DNA of 64,000 nt from an uncultured Pseudomonadota bacterium (GCA_903921785.1 CAIXRH010000132.1:75180-139179); one strand, 5' to 3'. Numbered from the stretch's first letter, positions 41,912-54,227 are shown. Program-made: numbers and translations. The notes: a model not told the origin generated them from the sequence alone.

Positions 41912-43024
41912 TTACGAGGGGAAGCCCTTGAAGACGCTCTGCCAGAAGCCCCGGTCCTTCACCTTCACACCTTGGAGGCGGGCCAGCTCGCGGAGCACCT
42001 TGTCCTCCTCGACCGTGGGGGCCTTCGGAACGTCGACGATCAGCTGCACGAGCTGGTCGCCGCGCCCGCGACCATGGATGGCCGGCACGCCCCGCCCGCG
42101 CAGCGTCGCGACCTTGCCGGACGGGGTGCCGGGCTCCACCGTGATGGTCTCCTCGCCGTCCACCGTGGGCACCGCGAGGTCGCCCCCGAGCACGGCGAGC
42201 ACGTAGGGGATGTTCCGCCGCAGGATGACGTTGGTGCCGTCCCGCTGGAAGAACTCATGTTGGTTCACGCGAATCGTGACGTAGAGGTCACCCGCGGCGC
42301 CACCGGGCTCGCCCACCTCGCCCTTTCCGCTGAGCCGCAGCTGCATGCCATCGTCGACGCCCGCCGGAATGTTGACCTTGAGCTTCTCCGTGGTACGGGT
42401 ACGCCCGGAGCCAGAACATCCACCGCACGGGTCCTTCACCACCTTCCCCCGACCATTACAGGCCGGACAGACGGTGCGGATGCGCAAGAACATCTGAGCC
42501 TGCTGCACCACCTCCCCAGCCCCGCGACAGGTGACGCAGGTCTGAGGTTGGGAGCCGCTCTTCGCGCCGCTGCCGCTGCACTGCTCACACGCGACGTGCT
42601 TCGGGAAGCTGATCTCCCGCTCCACGCCGTGCGCCGCTTCGAGGAATTCGATGTTGAGCGGGTACTCAAGGTCGGCCCCGCGCCGCGGGCCGCGTTGACC
42701 ACCACGCCCGCCGAACCCGAACAAGTCCCCGAAGATGTCGGCGAAGTGACTGAAAACCTCGTCCGAGTTCTGGAACCCCTGGCCGCCCATACCCGCGCCG
42801 CGAAGGCCCTCGTGTCCGAAGCGGTCGTACATCTGCCGCTTCTGCTCGTCGCCGAGGCAATCGTACGCCTCGGCGACCTCCTTGAACTTGGTCTCCGCTT
42901 CCTTGTCCCCCGGATTTTTGTCGGGGTGGAGCTTCATGGCCAGGGCGCGAAACGCCTTCTTGATCTCGGCCTGCGGGGCCTCCCGGGGAACCCCGAGCAC
43001 CTCGTAAAAGTCGCGCTTCGCCAT
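41912..43024 (-). CDS. dnaJ: Molecular chaperone DnaJ
   Basis: J domain DFYEVLGV...HPDKNPGD, a G/F region, four CxxCxGxG zinc motifs and a C-terminal substrate domain. Confidence 0.95.
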   Translation of the reverse strand: MAKRDFYEVLGVPREAPQAEIKKAFRALAMKLHPDKNPGDKEAETKFKEVAEAYDCLGDEQKRQMYDRFGHEGLRGAGMGGQGFQNSDEVFSHFADIFGDLFGFGGRGGQRGPRRGADLEYPLNIEFLEAAHGVEREISFPKHVACEQCSGSGAKSGSQPQTCVTCRGAGEVVQQAQMFLRIRTVCPACNGRGKVVKDPCGGCSGSGRTRTTEKLKVNIPAGVDDGMQLRLSGKGEVGEPGGAAGDLYVTIRVNQHEFFQRDGTNVILRRNIPYVLAVLGGDLAVPTVDGEETITVEPGTPSGKVATLRGRGVPAIHGRGRGDQLVQLIVDVPKAPTVEEDKVLRELARLQGVKVKDRGFWQSVFKGFPS

Positions 43025-43054
43025 TCGATGGGCCTCCGAGGGGGTCGGGCTCGA

Positions 43055-44965
<1,911 letters not shown>

Positions 44966-45235
44966 CCGAGCGCTCCGAACGGATTCCGCAGTCCGAAAAT
45001 CGAGGTTTACGGGATATAGTTGTACATTCTCGCCAACGCCGGCGAGGGGGGACGCGGCAAACGCTAATCCCCGATCCCGGTGCGTCAAGCGAGGGGGGAA
45101 CGTCGCGTGCGGTCTCGCTCCGCCCCCCCCGGTCGCCGCTTGAGATAGCCCCGGCGCGGCCCATGACAAGCCCCCACGACACCGGAGTCGTGATGGACGC
45201 GCGGTCGTTCCTCAAAAACGCGCATTTGAAGCAGC

Positions 45236-45251
45236 TGGCACGCCCCTTGCA
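45236..45251 (+). promoter_or_regulatory. Sigma-54 (-24/-12) promoter, exact match to TGGCACG-N4-TTGCA
   Basis: ctGGCACGccccTTGCAt, with GG at 45237-45238 and GC at 45249-45250. It is the only correctly spaced full match I found in the window. Confidence 0.6.
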
Positions 45252-45261
45252 TCTTGTTCGG

Positions 45262-45377
45262 TCGTCCAGCACGAGGCGCATGCCTCTTCAAATCCAAAAA
45301 TCCGTGCCCTGACCCAACCTCGCTCCTCGTGCCGGGCCTGACCGCCGCCGGAATCCCCCGGCGGCGGTTTTCTTTTT
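45262..45377 (+). ncRNA. Candidate sigma-54-dependent small RNA (about 115 nt) between dnaK and groES
   Basis: Bounded by the sigma-54 promoter (predicted TSS near 45262) and a strong intrinsic terminator. An internal 8-bp helix (45269-45276 / 45325-45332) encloses a C/A-rich stretch. The only ORF inside is 10 codons. Confidence 0.45.
45342..45377 (+). terminator. Rho-independent terminator (10-bp perfect GC stem, 6-nt loop, T-tract)
   Basis: ccgccgccgg (45342-45351), aatccc, ccggcggcgg (45358-45367), then TTTTCTTTTT (45368-45377). It is directional: the T-tract is on the plus strand only. Confidence 0.8.
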
Positions 45378-45387
45378 CCCCCCGCCG

Positions 45388-45416
45388 TTGACGCGCCCCC
45401 CTCTGGTGCCTAATCG
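45388..45416 (+). promoter_or_regulatory. Sigma-70/sigma-32-like promoter for groES-groEL (TTGACG-N17-TAATCG)
   Basis: TTGACG at 45388-45393 and TAATCG at 45411-45416, about 80 nt upstream of the groES GTG. Confidence 0.4.
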
Positions 45417-45494
45417 GGGTGCCGCTCGCGGCGTCGGCGTTGCGCTTGGCGTCCGCACAATCCAACCATCCTCGTTCAACCTTTGGAGTTCGAC

Positions 45495-45782
45495 GTGAAG
45501 TTTCGTCCCCTCTACGACCGCGTTCTCGTGAAGCGCGTGAGCGCCGAGCAGAAGACCGCCGGCGGCCTGATCATCCCCGACAGCGCGAAGGAGAAGCCGC
45601 AGGAAGCGGAGGTGGTGGCCGTGGGTGGAGGCCGCGCCGTCGAAGGCGGCGGCGTGCGCCCCATGAGTGTGAAGCCGGGGGACAAGATTCTCTTCGGCAA
45701 GTACACCGGCGATGAGATCAAGCTCGACGGCGAAGAGCTCCTGATCCTCCGCGAAGAAGACATCCTCGCGATCCTCGGCTAG
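45495..45782 (+). CDS. groES: Co-chaperonin GroES
   Basis: GTG 45495 lies 6 nt after GGAG (45485-45488). The product [44 protein letters not shown] matches canonical GroES. The ORF-track TTG 45483 adds 4 residues. Confidence 0.95.
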   Translation: MKFRPLYDRVLVKRVSAEQKTAGGLIIPDSAKEKPQEAEVVAVGGGRAVEGGGVRPMSVKPGDKILFGKYTGDEIKLDGEELLILREEDILAILG

Positions 45783-47489
<1,707 letters not shown>

Positions 47490-47510
47490 TCCTCCCTTCT
47501 GCTCGACCCC

Positions 47511-47552
47511 AATCGCCCGGTCCCCGCAAGGAGGCCGGGCGATTCCCTTTTT
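47511..47552 (+). terminator. Intrinsic terminator after groEL
   Basis: aatcgcccgg (47511-47520) pairs with ccgggcgatt (47535-47544). The inner ccccGCAAgg forms a GNRA-type tetraloop. It is followed by cccTTTTTg (47548-47552). Confidence 0.7.
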
Positions 47553-47615
47553 GCCCGCGCTCGCGTTTCGGTTGAATACCGTCGGCAGCCGCGCGTAGGT
47601 GCCGCTCCTCCCCAG

Positions 47616-48173
47616 GTGCTCATGTCCGCACGTGCTTTCCTCCGCCTCGCCCTCGGCCTGTGCGCCGCCTTCCTCCTCGCCTGCGCGAACCCCTGGAAGG
47701 TGTTGCACTCCTCGGGGCCGCCCTCGGCACTCAAGGGCGTGACCACCTTCAAGGTCACGGTGGACTACGAAGGCCTGATGATCGGGGGGAAGTCTGAGGC
47801 CGAGTATGTCGGCGGGAAAGACGCCGACACCGCGGCCAGCTTCGCCGGTGACAAGAAGGGCATGCAGGAGGCGTTCCTCGCCACCCTCGTCTCCAACAAG
47901 TCCGACTTCGCCTTCGGTGACACCGGCCAGGTCGATGTGCGCATCAACGTCCGCTTCATCGAGCCCGGCTTCTACGTCGGCGTGGCCAAGATGCCGACGA
48001 GCCTCATCACCGACGTGACCTTCTCCAAGGACGGCCAGGTGCTCGACCAGATCGAGATCCCCACCGCCCAGGACCCGGACATGCTCCACGCGTCCAGCGG
48101 CGGCCGCATGCGGGACTGCGCGGTGATCGCCGCGAACGACGTGCTGCTGTTCCTCAAGAAGGCCAACAAGTAG
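47616..48173 (+). CDS. Hypothetical lipoprotein
   Basis: MLMSARAFLRLALGLCAAFLLAC lipobox. No recognisable domain. Confidence 0.6.
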   Translation: MLMSARAFLRLALGLCAAFLLACANPWKVLHSSGPPSALKGVTTFKVTVDYEGLMIGGKSEAEYVGGKDADTAASFAGDKKGMQEAFLATLVSNKSDFAFGDTGQVDVRINVRFIEPGFYVGVAKMPTSLITDVTFSKDGQVLDQIEIPTAQDPDMLHASSGGRMRDCAVIAANDVLLFLKKANK

Positions 48174-48241
48174 CAAACCGGGACCGCGCCGCGCCGGGGA
48201 CCGCGCCCCGGTCGGCGTTCCGCCGGGCTACGGGGGCCGAG

Positions 48242-49117
48242 ATGATGTTGCTCCTGCCGTTCGCGCTCGCCGCCGATCCGGCCCCGGCCGCTCCTCCAGC
48301 AGCGCCTCCTTCCACCGCGCCCGCTTCGCCCACCGCCGCCGCGGAGGACCCCGCCCCGCCAGACGACCCCGGCACCTATGGCCAGGCCGATGTGCTCGTA
48401 TACGGCGACCTCGAGGTGAAGAAAGCGCGTGATGCGCTCACCGAAACCCTCAGGGACGAAGGGTACAAGCGCATCGAGCGGAAGGGCGAGTACACGGTGT
48501 TCAAGCCCGACGTGCCCTGGCACCCCCAGGTGTGGCTGCACGACGACGGGTGGCTCACCCTCAAGCGCCAGCCCCCGCGCATCCACTCCCCAGGCCACGC
48601 GTTCGCCGATCAGGGATCTCCGCTGAATTATCTGTGGTGTGTCCCCACGCTGATGACCGCCTGTGTGTCGGTGGGCGGCTGGATGATCGGCGAGCGGAAG
48701 TACACCGCCATCAAGAGCGACCTGCTCGACGCCACGCGCGGCGACGTACAAAAGCTCAACGACGCCGTGGTCCGCCAACACCTCGGGATTCGCGTTTACA
48801 AGGACATCCCAACCGACCTCGACAAGTTGTGGCGCGACCCCAGCCAGCCGACCGTGGTCCGACGACGCACGATCTTCCTCTACTGGGACAGCCGGCTGGA
48901 GAACGACGCCGGCTTCGCCGCCAAGGAGGCCATCGAGTCGTTCATCCTGGGCGTCATCCAGCCGAGCGCCGAGCCGTTCACGGCCGCGGAGCTCGGGGAG
49001 CTCAACGCAACCCGGATCAGCGAGGCGCCGCTCAGTCTCCCCAAGATCGGCGCGGGGATCGTCCCGCCCGAGCCGATGGCCACGCCGGACTCGCCGCCGA
49101 TCGCGCCCACGCCCTGA
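48242..49117 (+). CDS. Hypothetical secreted protein with a Pro/Ala-rich N-terminal linker
   Basis: MMLLLPFALA signal-like start, a PAPAAPPAAPPSTAPASP linker, then a globular region. No recognisable domain. Confidence 0.5.
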   Translation: MMLLLPFALAADPAPAAPPAAPPSTAPASPTAAAEDPAPPDDPGTYGQADVLVYGDLEVKKARDALTETLRDEGYKRIERKGEYTVFKPDVPWHPQVWLHDDGWLTLKRQPPRIHSPGHAFADQGSPLNYLWCVPTLMTACVSVGGWMIGERKYTAIKSDLLDATRGDVQKLNDAVVRQHLGIRVYKDIPTDLDKLWRDPSQPTVVRRRTIFLYWDSRLENDAGFAAKEAIESFILGVIQPSAEPFTAAELGELNATRISEAPLSLPKIGAGIVPPEPMATPDSPPIAPTP

Positions 49118-49134
49118 TCACCCGCGGTTCGGGT

Positions 49135-50424
49135 TCAAACGCCCCTTCCGCTCCGATTCCGCAGCACCAGGCCGCCACAGAACATGGCGCCCATGGCCGC
49201 GCTGGCGAGGAGCATGCCGAAGACCACGTCGAGCCCGCCGGTCTTCGGGTCGTACATCTTGCCGATCACCAGCTCTTGGAGCACCGAGCCCATGCTGCCG
49301 AAGCCGGAGATGACCCCGGCGGCGAACGTCGCCGAGCGGCGGCTGCCGATGTCCATCGCGCCGGCACCGGTGAGGAGCGCGTCGGGGCCAAACAGGGTGA
49401 AGCCGATGACCGTGAGCAAGGAGGCCACGACCACCACACCCGAGCCAGCGAACGCGTAGAGCGCGCCGCACGCCACGGTCATCGCCGAAATCAGGATCAA
49501 CGCCACCTCACCGCGACGGCTTGAGAAGAAGGTGTCGCTGAGCCAGCCCGCGAAGAACACCCCCGGGATGCCCATCAGGTCAAAGCCGGTGGACGCCCAT
49601 GACGCCTGTGCGTCCGTGAGGTGGTACGTGTTCTTGAGGAAGTAGGGCGCCCAACTCCAGATCGCGTACCGGATGAACTTGATGAAGAAGTAGAAGCCGG
49701 AGACCAGGAGTATGTTGCCCCACGCGGTCCACGGGAGGCCGAGGAACCCGGCCTCTTCGAGCGCCGGCAGCGCGGACGTGCCGGCCGGGATGGGATCGTC
49801 CACCGGAGGCAGCCCCACATCCTCCGGACGATTCCTCTGGAAGAACCAAAAGATCACCCACACCACGGTGAGGACCGCGGCGCCCACGTAGAACGTCTCC
49901 CGCCAGGCCGGCGCCTCCTTGGTGCCGAGGTTGAGCACGGCGCCGAGGAGCCACATCGCGGTGAGCGAGCCCACGGTGAAATTCGTGGCCCAGACCCCCA
50001 TCACCTTGCCCCGCTCATGCTTGTGGAACCACGCAGCCATCGTGCCGACGTTCCCCGACCAGCCCGTCGCCTGGGCGAGGCCGTTCACCGCGGCGAGCAT
50101 GGTCAAGAGCCCGACGTCGAGGGTGAGCCCCATCGCCAGGGTCGCCAGGATCGACAGCGCCATGCCGAGGAGCACGTTCATGCGCGGCCCGAGGCGCGTG
50201 CCCATCCACGAGGCGATGAACTGCCCGATCGCGTAGGCGAGCAGGTTGGCCGCACCGATGTGGCCGAGGGTGTCGGTGCTCAGGTGCCCCGCCTCGCCGA
50301 TGGCGGACTTCGCCACGCTCCACGGCTTCCGACAGAAGTAGAACCCGGCGTAGCTGAGCCAGGTGGCGGCGAAGACCCGCGTACGCCACTGGCGATGTGC
50401 GGGGGTGAGCGTGGCAGTGGACAT
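49135..50424 (-). CDS. MFS transporter, organophosphate:phosphate antiporter (GlpT/UhpC)-like
   Basis: WLSYAGFYFCRKPWSVAK..., 12 TM-like segments and FSSRRGEV loops. The preferred start is ATG 50424 (MSTATLTP); the alternative is 50481. Confidence 0.65.
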   Translation of the reverse strand: MSTATLTPAHRQWRTRVFAATWLSYAGFYFCRKPWSVAKSAIGEAGHLSTDTLGHIGAANLLAYAIGQFIASWMGTRLGPRMNVLLGMALSILATLAMGLTLDVGLLTMLAAVNGLAQATGWSGNVGTMAAWFHKHERGKVMGVWATNFTVGSLTAMWLLGAVLNLGTKEAPAWRETFYVGAAVLTVVWVIFWFFQRNRPEDVGLPPVDDPIPAGTSALPALEEAGFLGLPWTAWGNILLVSGFYFFIKFIRYAIWSWAPYFLKNTYHLTDAQASWASTGFDLMGIPGVFFAGWLSDTFFSSRRGEVALILISAMTVACGALYAFAGSGVVVVASLLTVIGFTLFGPDALLTGAGAMDIGSRRSATFAAGVISGFGSMGSVLQELVIGKMYDPKTGGLDVVFGMLLASAAMGAMFCGGLVLRNRSGRGV

Positions 50425-50582
50425 CGGGCGCGAGGGTACCCCATCCGCCGGGCCCGCGGGTGACGGGCGCGCAACGCTCACGCCGACCGACGCTGCACTC
50501 GCGGCTGAATCGGAACGTGTCCTCGGCGACGGGCGCCGTGATTCGCGGGTGCACGGTCCACCTTGGCGGTTACCCGGCTCCC

Positions 50583-51362
50583 ATGTTCCCGCTCCCCGCC
50601 GACCTCGCCTGCCCGGCGCTCACCCCCGAGTCCCCCGTGTCCGTGGAGGTGGCCGACGCGGGCCAGCTCGAGACCACCTGGGACATGGTCGAGGATCACG
50701 GCCGCCAAGGTCCCGTCACACTCCCGCTGCTCGTCGGCATCGTACATCACCCGGGCGGCACCATCGCGATCGACAGCGGCCTCGGGCAGACCACCCGCGA
50801 CGGCACCTGGCCCACCTTCCCGTTCAACAGCTTCAAGGTCACCGTCCCCGCGGGCACCTCGCTGCTGGAGCGCGCCGGCATCCCCGTCAAGGTACTGCTT
50901 ACGCACAACCACTATGACCATGTCGGCGGTCTGTTCGATCTCCCCGGTGTAGAGGTATGGGCGGGGCTCGATGATCTTCGCGACCGCCTCCCGGCTACAC
51001 TCCGCGCCCGCGTCCACTTCGTCGCCCAGGACCTTCGGGCCGGAGTGGTGAAGCAGGCCCTCGGAGTGCCCGCGGTCGACGTCAACGGCGACGGCACTGT
51101 GTGGTACCTCGGCACGCCCGGCCACACGCGCGGCTCCGCGAGCGTGCTGGTCCGTGCGCACGACCACCAGTACCTGTTCGTAGGCGACACCGCCTGGGTC
51201 GACAGCCACCTCGTCGATCACCGCCGCCCCGCCCTCATCTCGGCGATCATCGACGACGATCACCCCGCGCTGGACCGAAGCCTCACCTGGGCGCGATGGA
51301 TCTACGGGCACTGTGCCTCGGTCACCGTTGTGGCGGGTCACGAACCCCGGTGGCTGAAGTAG
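50583..51362 (+). CDS. Metallo-beta-lactamase-fold hydrolase
   Basis: LLTHNHYDHVGG (HxHxDH), GTPGHTRGS and FVGDTAW. The preferred start is ATG 50583; the ORF-track start is 50460. Confidence 0.75.
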   Translation: MFPLPADLACPALTPESPVSVEVADAGQLETTWDMVEDHGRQGPVTLPLLVGIVHHPGGTIAIDSGLGQTTRDGTWPTFPFNSFKVTVPAGTSLLERAGIPVKVLLTHNHYDHVGGLFDLPGVEVWAGLDDLRDRLPATLRARVHFVAQDLRAGVVKQALGVPAVDVNGDGTVWYLGTPGHTRGSASVLVRAHDHQYLFVGDTAWVDSHLVDHRRPALISAIIDDDHPALDRSLTWARWIYGHCASVTVVAGHEPRWLK

Positions 51363-51363
51363 C

Positions 51364-52848
51364 TCAGGCGCACACGCCAGGGCGACGCCCGATCCACGGC
51401 CGCGCCGCCTCGAGCTGAGCCGCCAACTGGATGAGCAGCCCGTCGCTCCCGTAGCGGCTGGCGAATTGCACACCGATGGGGAGCCCGTCCCCGCTCACGT
51501 GGAGCGGCACGCTCATCGCCGGCGTCCCTGTCATGTTGAAGAGCTGCGTGTTCGGCACGCGCTCCAGGCTCTGATCGGCGAGGTCCCGGAGCAGCTTCAT
51601 CATCACCGGCTTGACCGGCACGGTGCGGAGGACGCCGAGGCCGAACCGCTCGCCCGCCTTGAGCGCGGCCGCGCCGAGCGGGGCCGGAGGATGGGCGAGC
51701 GTCGGCGTCACCAGCACGTCGTACCGCTCGAAGAACCGCCCGAGCGACCGCGCAGCCTCCTGGGCACGATCCCGGCTGCGCTGAAGGTCCGCGGCCGTGA
51801 GCACGCTCCCCAGCTGCGCCAGGAACCAGGTCGCGGGCTCGAAGCCGCCCGCAGTCGCCGGCTTTCCGACCCAACGAGCGGCGTCCTCCACCTCCAACGC
51901 GACGGACGATGCGACCTGCACGAGGTACGCGAAGACGAGCGCGTCTCGGTCGAACTCCGGACGGGCTTCCTCGACGTGGTGGCCGAGGTCGGTGAGGAGC
52001 CGTCCGGTCTCGTGGATCGCGGCGGTGCAGTCAGGATGGGTGGTACGACCGAAGAGGGAGCTCCCGCAGAGCGCCACGCGGAGCTTTCCGGGGGCGCGCG
52101 CGAGCTCGTCCACGAGCGGGCGCGCCAGGGTGGGTCCCGCGTACGGGTCCCCCGGCGCCGGTCCGCGAAGCACATCGTAGATCGAGGCACTGTCCCGTAC
52201 CGATCGGGTGAGCACCCCGGGAACGACGTAGCCACCCCACCCTTCCCCGAGGTCCGGACCGAGGGGGAGCAGCCCCCGACTCACCTTGAGCCCAAACAGC
52301 CCGCAGGCGCTCGCGGGGATGCGGATCGAGCCGCCACCGTCCCCGCCGTGGCCGACCGGCACCGCCCGCGCGGCGACCAACGCGGCGCTGCCACCCGAAG
52401 AACCGCCAGGGCTGTGACCGAGATTCCAGGGGTTGTGGGTTGCACCCCGCCACTCCGGCTCCGTGGTTCCAAGGATTCCCAGCTCGGGACAGTTGGCCTT
52501 GGCCACGATCACGAAGCCGGCGCGACGCAGCCGGGCGATCACCTCGGCATCGTGGTCGGGAACGAAGTCCTTGAGGAACCGGCTGGACATCGTGTAGGGG
52601 ACGCCAGCGGTGAACCCGTCGAGGTCCTTCACCACCATCGGCACGCCCCGGAACGGGCCTTCCGCCGGCGCGGCGGCGGCACGGCGGGCGAGCTCATCCA
52701 TGCGGTGCACGACGGCGTGAAGCTGGGGATCGACCTTATCGATCGCCGCGAGCGCGGTGTCGAGGAGCTCCGCGGGGCTGGCCTCGCCCCGGTGGACGAG
52801 CTCGGCGAGCGCAGTGGCATCGTGATCGGCCCAGGCAGCGATCGGCAT
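51364..52848 (-). CDS. Amidase (amidase-signature family)
   Basis: GGSSGGSAALVAARAVPVGHGGDGGGSIRIPASACGLFGLK is the AS signature with the Ser-cisSer-Lys context. Confidence 0.88.
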   Translation of the reverse strand: MPIAAWADHDATALAELVHRGEASPAELLDTALAAIDKVDPQLHAVVHRMDELARRAAAAPAEGPFRGVPMVVKDLDGFTAGVPYTMSSRFLKDFVPDHDAEVIARLRRAGFVIVAKANCPELGILGTTEPEWRGATHNPWNLGHSPGGSSGGSAALVAARAVPVGHGGDGGGSIRIPASACGLFGLKVSRGLLPLGPDLGEGWGGYVVPGVLTRSVRDSASIYDVLRGPAPGDPYAGPTLARPLVDELARAPGKLRVALCGSSLFGRTTHPDCTAAIHETGRLLTDLGHHVEEARPEFDRDALVFAYLVQVASSVALEVEDAARWVGKPATAGGFEPATWFLAQLGSVLTAADLQRSRDRAQEAARSLGRFFERYDVLVTPTLAHPPAPLGAAALKAGERFGLGVLRTVPVKPVMMKLLRDLADQSLERVPNTQLFNMTGTPAMSVPLHVSGDGLPIGVQFASRYGSDGLLIQLAAQLEAARPWIGRRPGVCA

Positions 52849-52973
52849 GGCGGCGGCTCCTCCGGGCGATCTATGCCGGCGCGAAGGGAGCCGCGGCGCG
52901 GAGTGTCTTCTCCGTCCCCGACCCGCGCGCTCAGGAGGTCGAATCGGTCACTTCTGAACTTACACCCTTGATC

Positions 52974-53009
52974 TTGGGGCGGGGGGCTCCGCCCCCCGCA
53001 ACGCCCCCC
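52974..53009 (+). repeat. GC hairpin element copy B
   Basis: ttggggcggggggctccgccccccgcaacgcccccc, with inner stem 52981-52987 / 52991-52997, outer stem 52976-52980 / 53003-53007 and a GCAAC bulge. It lies 73 nt past the WYL gene stop. Confidence 0.6.
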
Positions 53010-53081
53010 GACGCCCAGGCCGCCGATGCGACCACCTCGAAGCGATGCGGTGGAGGCTGCTTTTTCGGGCCCGCCGGTGCC

Positions 53082-54059
53082 TCAGCCGTACCGCGCCGCC
53101 GCCGCGAGGTGCTGCTCCTTGAGCCACACGGCCAGCGTCGCCGGCTCCTCCACCACCACCTCCGCCCCAAAGCCGAGCAGCCACTCTCGCAGCTCCGGCG
53201 CGTTGGCGACGCGCATCCTCAGGCGCACGCCGCCATCCTCCAGCGGCATCTGGCTCGCGGTGGGGTGCCACCGCCGCTCCCGCACGTAGGGGGCGGCGTT
53301 CGCTGAGAACCGTGCCACGACCCACTCCGGGGTGCCGCCGATGATCCCGAACGCGTCCCGCAGCATGTCAAGCGGACGCCACTCCTCCGGGTAGCGGAAC
53401 TGCTCGCGGCGAAGGCGTGAGAAGCGGAGGAACCGCTCCACCGCGTAGCTCTTGATCTTGTCCTCGGCGGTGTCCCGCGCGAAGAGGTACAGCCCCTGGC
53501 GGTACACGGCGAGGGTGAGCGGCTCCAGGCGATACACCTTGGGCGCGCCCCGAAGCGAGCGATACTCGGCGTCCGCGGGGTTGGAGTAGAGCAGGGCCGA
53601 GACCACCTCGTCGAGGATCTCCCCATCGCGCGCGTAGTCCTTGCCATGTTCGGGGACGGCGAGGAACTTCCGATCGAGGTGGCGCCCCGCCTCGGCGGGA
53701 AAGCGGCCGATCGCCGGTTCGAGGCGCTCGATCGCGTCCGCCATGTCCTCCGCGAAGGAGGTACCGTCGAGGAACGTGAACAGCGTACGGCCGAAGTGCA
53801 GGGAGATGGCCTCCGCGAGGCTCAGCTGCACCCCAGCGCGGGCGTAGGCGCGATCCACGGAGACGGTGCGGCTGCTGTGGTAGCCCTCCTCCACCAAGGG
53901 GATGCCCATCGCCTCGAGGTCTTCCAGGTACCGGCGGAGCGTCCGGGCATCGAGCCCGAAGCGCCCCATGAGCTCGTACGCCTGGATTCCTCCGCGTTTC
54001 TGGAGCTGCTGGAGAATGCGCACCAGCTTCTGGGACTTGTTGAGGGAGAGGTCGTCCAT
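53082..54059 (-). CDS. WYL-domain transcriptional regulator (HTH - WYL - WCX architecture; PafBC/DriD-like)
   Basis: N-terminal HTH LVRILQQLQKRGGIQAYELMGRFGLDARTLRRYLEDLEAMGIPL. Central YRLEPLTLAVYRQGLYLFARD (WYL-type strand pair). C-terminus ELREWLLGFGAEVVVEEPATL (WCX-like). Confidence 0.8.
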   Translation of the reverse strand: MDDLSLNKSQKLVRILQQLQKRGGIQAYELMGRFGLDARTLRRYLEDLEAMGIPLVEEGYHSSRTVSVDRAYARAGVQLSLAEAISLHFGRTLFTFLDGTSFAEDMADAIERLEPAIGRFPAEAGRHLDRKFLAVPEHGKDYARDGEILDEVVSALLYSNPADAEYRSLRGAPKVYRLEPLTLAVYRQGLYLFARDTAEDKIKSYAVERFLRFSRLRREQFRYPEEWRPLDMLRDAFGIIGGTPEWVVARFSANAAPYVRERRWHPTASQMPLEDGGVRLRMRVANAPELREWLLGFGAEVVVEEPATLAVWLKEQHLAAAARYG

Positions 54060-54138
54060 GGTCGTCCGAAAAAACTATCACCGCGAGACCGATCCGACCA
54101 TTTTTTGGCGGCATGGCAGGTGAAGATGTTCTTGTGGG

Positions 54139-54167
54139 TTGACCTCGAACGCGTGTTCAGGTATAAA
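54139..54167 (+). promoter_or_regulatory. Near-consensus sigma-70 promoter (TTGACC-N17-TATAAA) with a LexA-box-like sequence in the spacer
   Basis: TTGACC at 54139-54144 and TATAAA at 54162-54167. The spacer tcgaacgcgtGTTCAGg (54145-54161) resembles the deltaproteobacterial LexA box. The region is locally AT-rich. Confidence 0.6.
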
Positions 54168-54227
54168 AGAAAAGATGTTCAGTAAAGTACAGGCAGGACA
54201 GATCCGATTCACCCAGAAGGAGTCAAC

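Noticed and set aside
44966-45169. N-terminal extensions offered by the ORF track (dnaK +68 aa; also tolB 5567, tolR 6612, ribA 22310, argE-like 58216, permease 63921, and the hydrolase/Fe-S/HD-GYP/RlmD ORFs)
   Set aside because: The extensions are compositionally non-coding (Arg/Pro/Gly-rich). They overlap upstream genes. Internal starts give canonical N-termini, RBSs and ATGA-type coupling.
45280-45312. 10-codon ORF (MPLQIQKSVP) inside the candidate sRNA
   Set aside because: It has no RBS, is very short and has nothing recognisable. It is kept only as a caveat to the sRNA call.
45380-45494. CIRCE/HrcA operator upstream of groES
   Set aside because: No TTAGCACTC-N9-GAGTGCTAA-like inverted repeat is visible here or upstream of dnaK.
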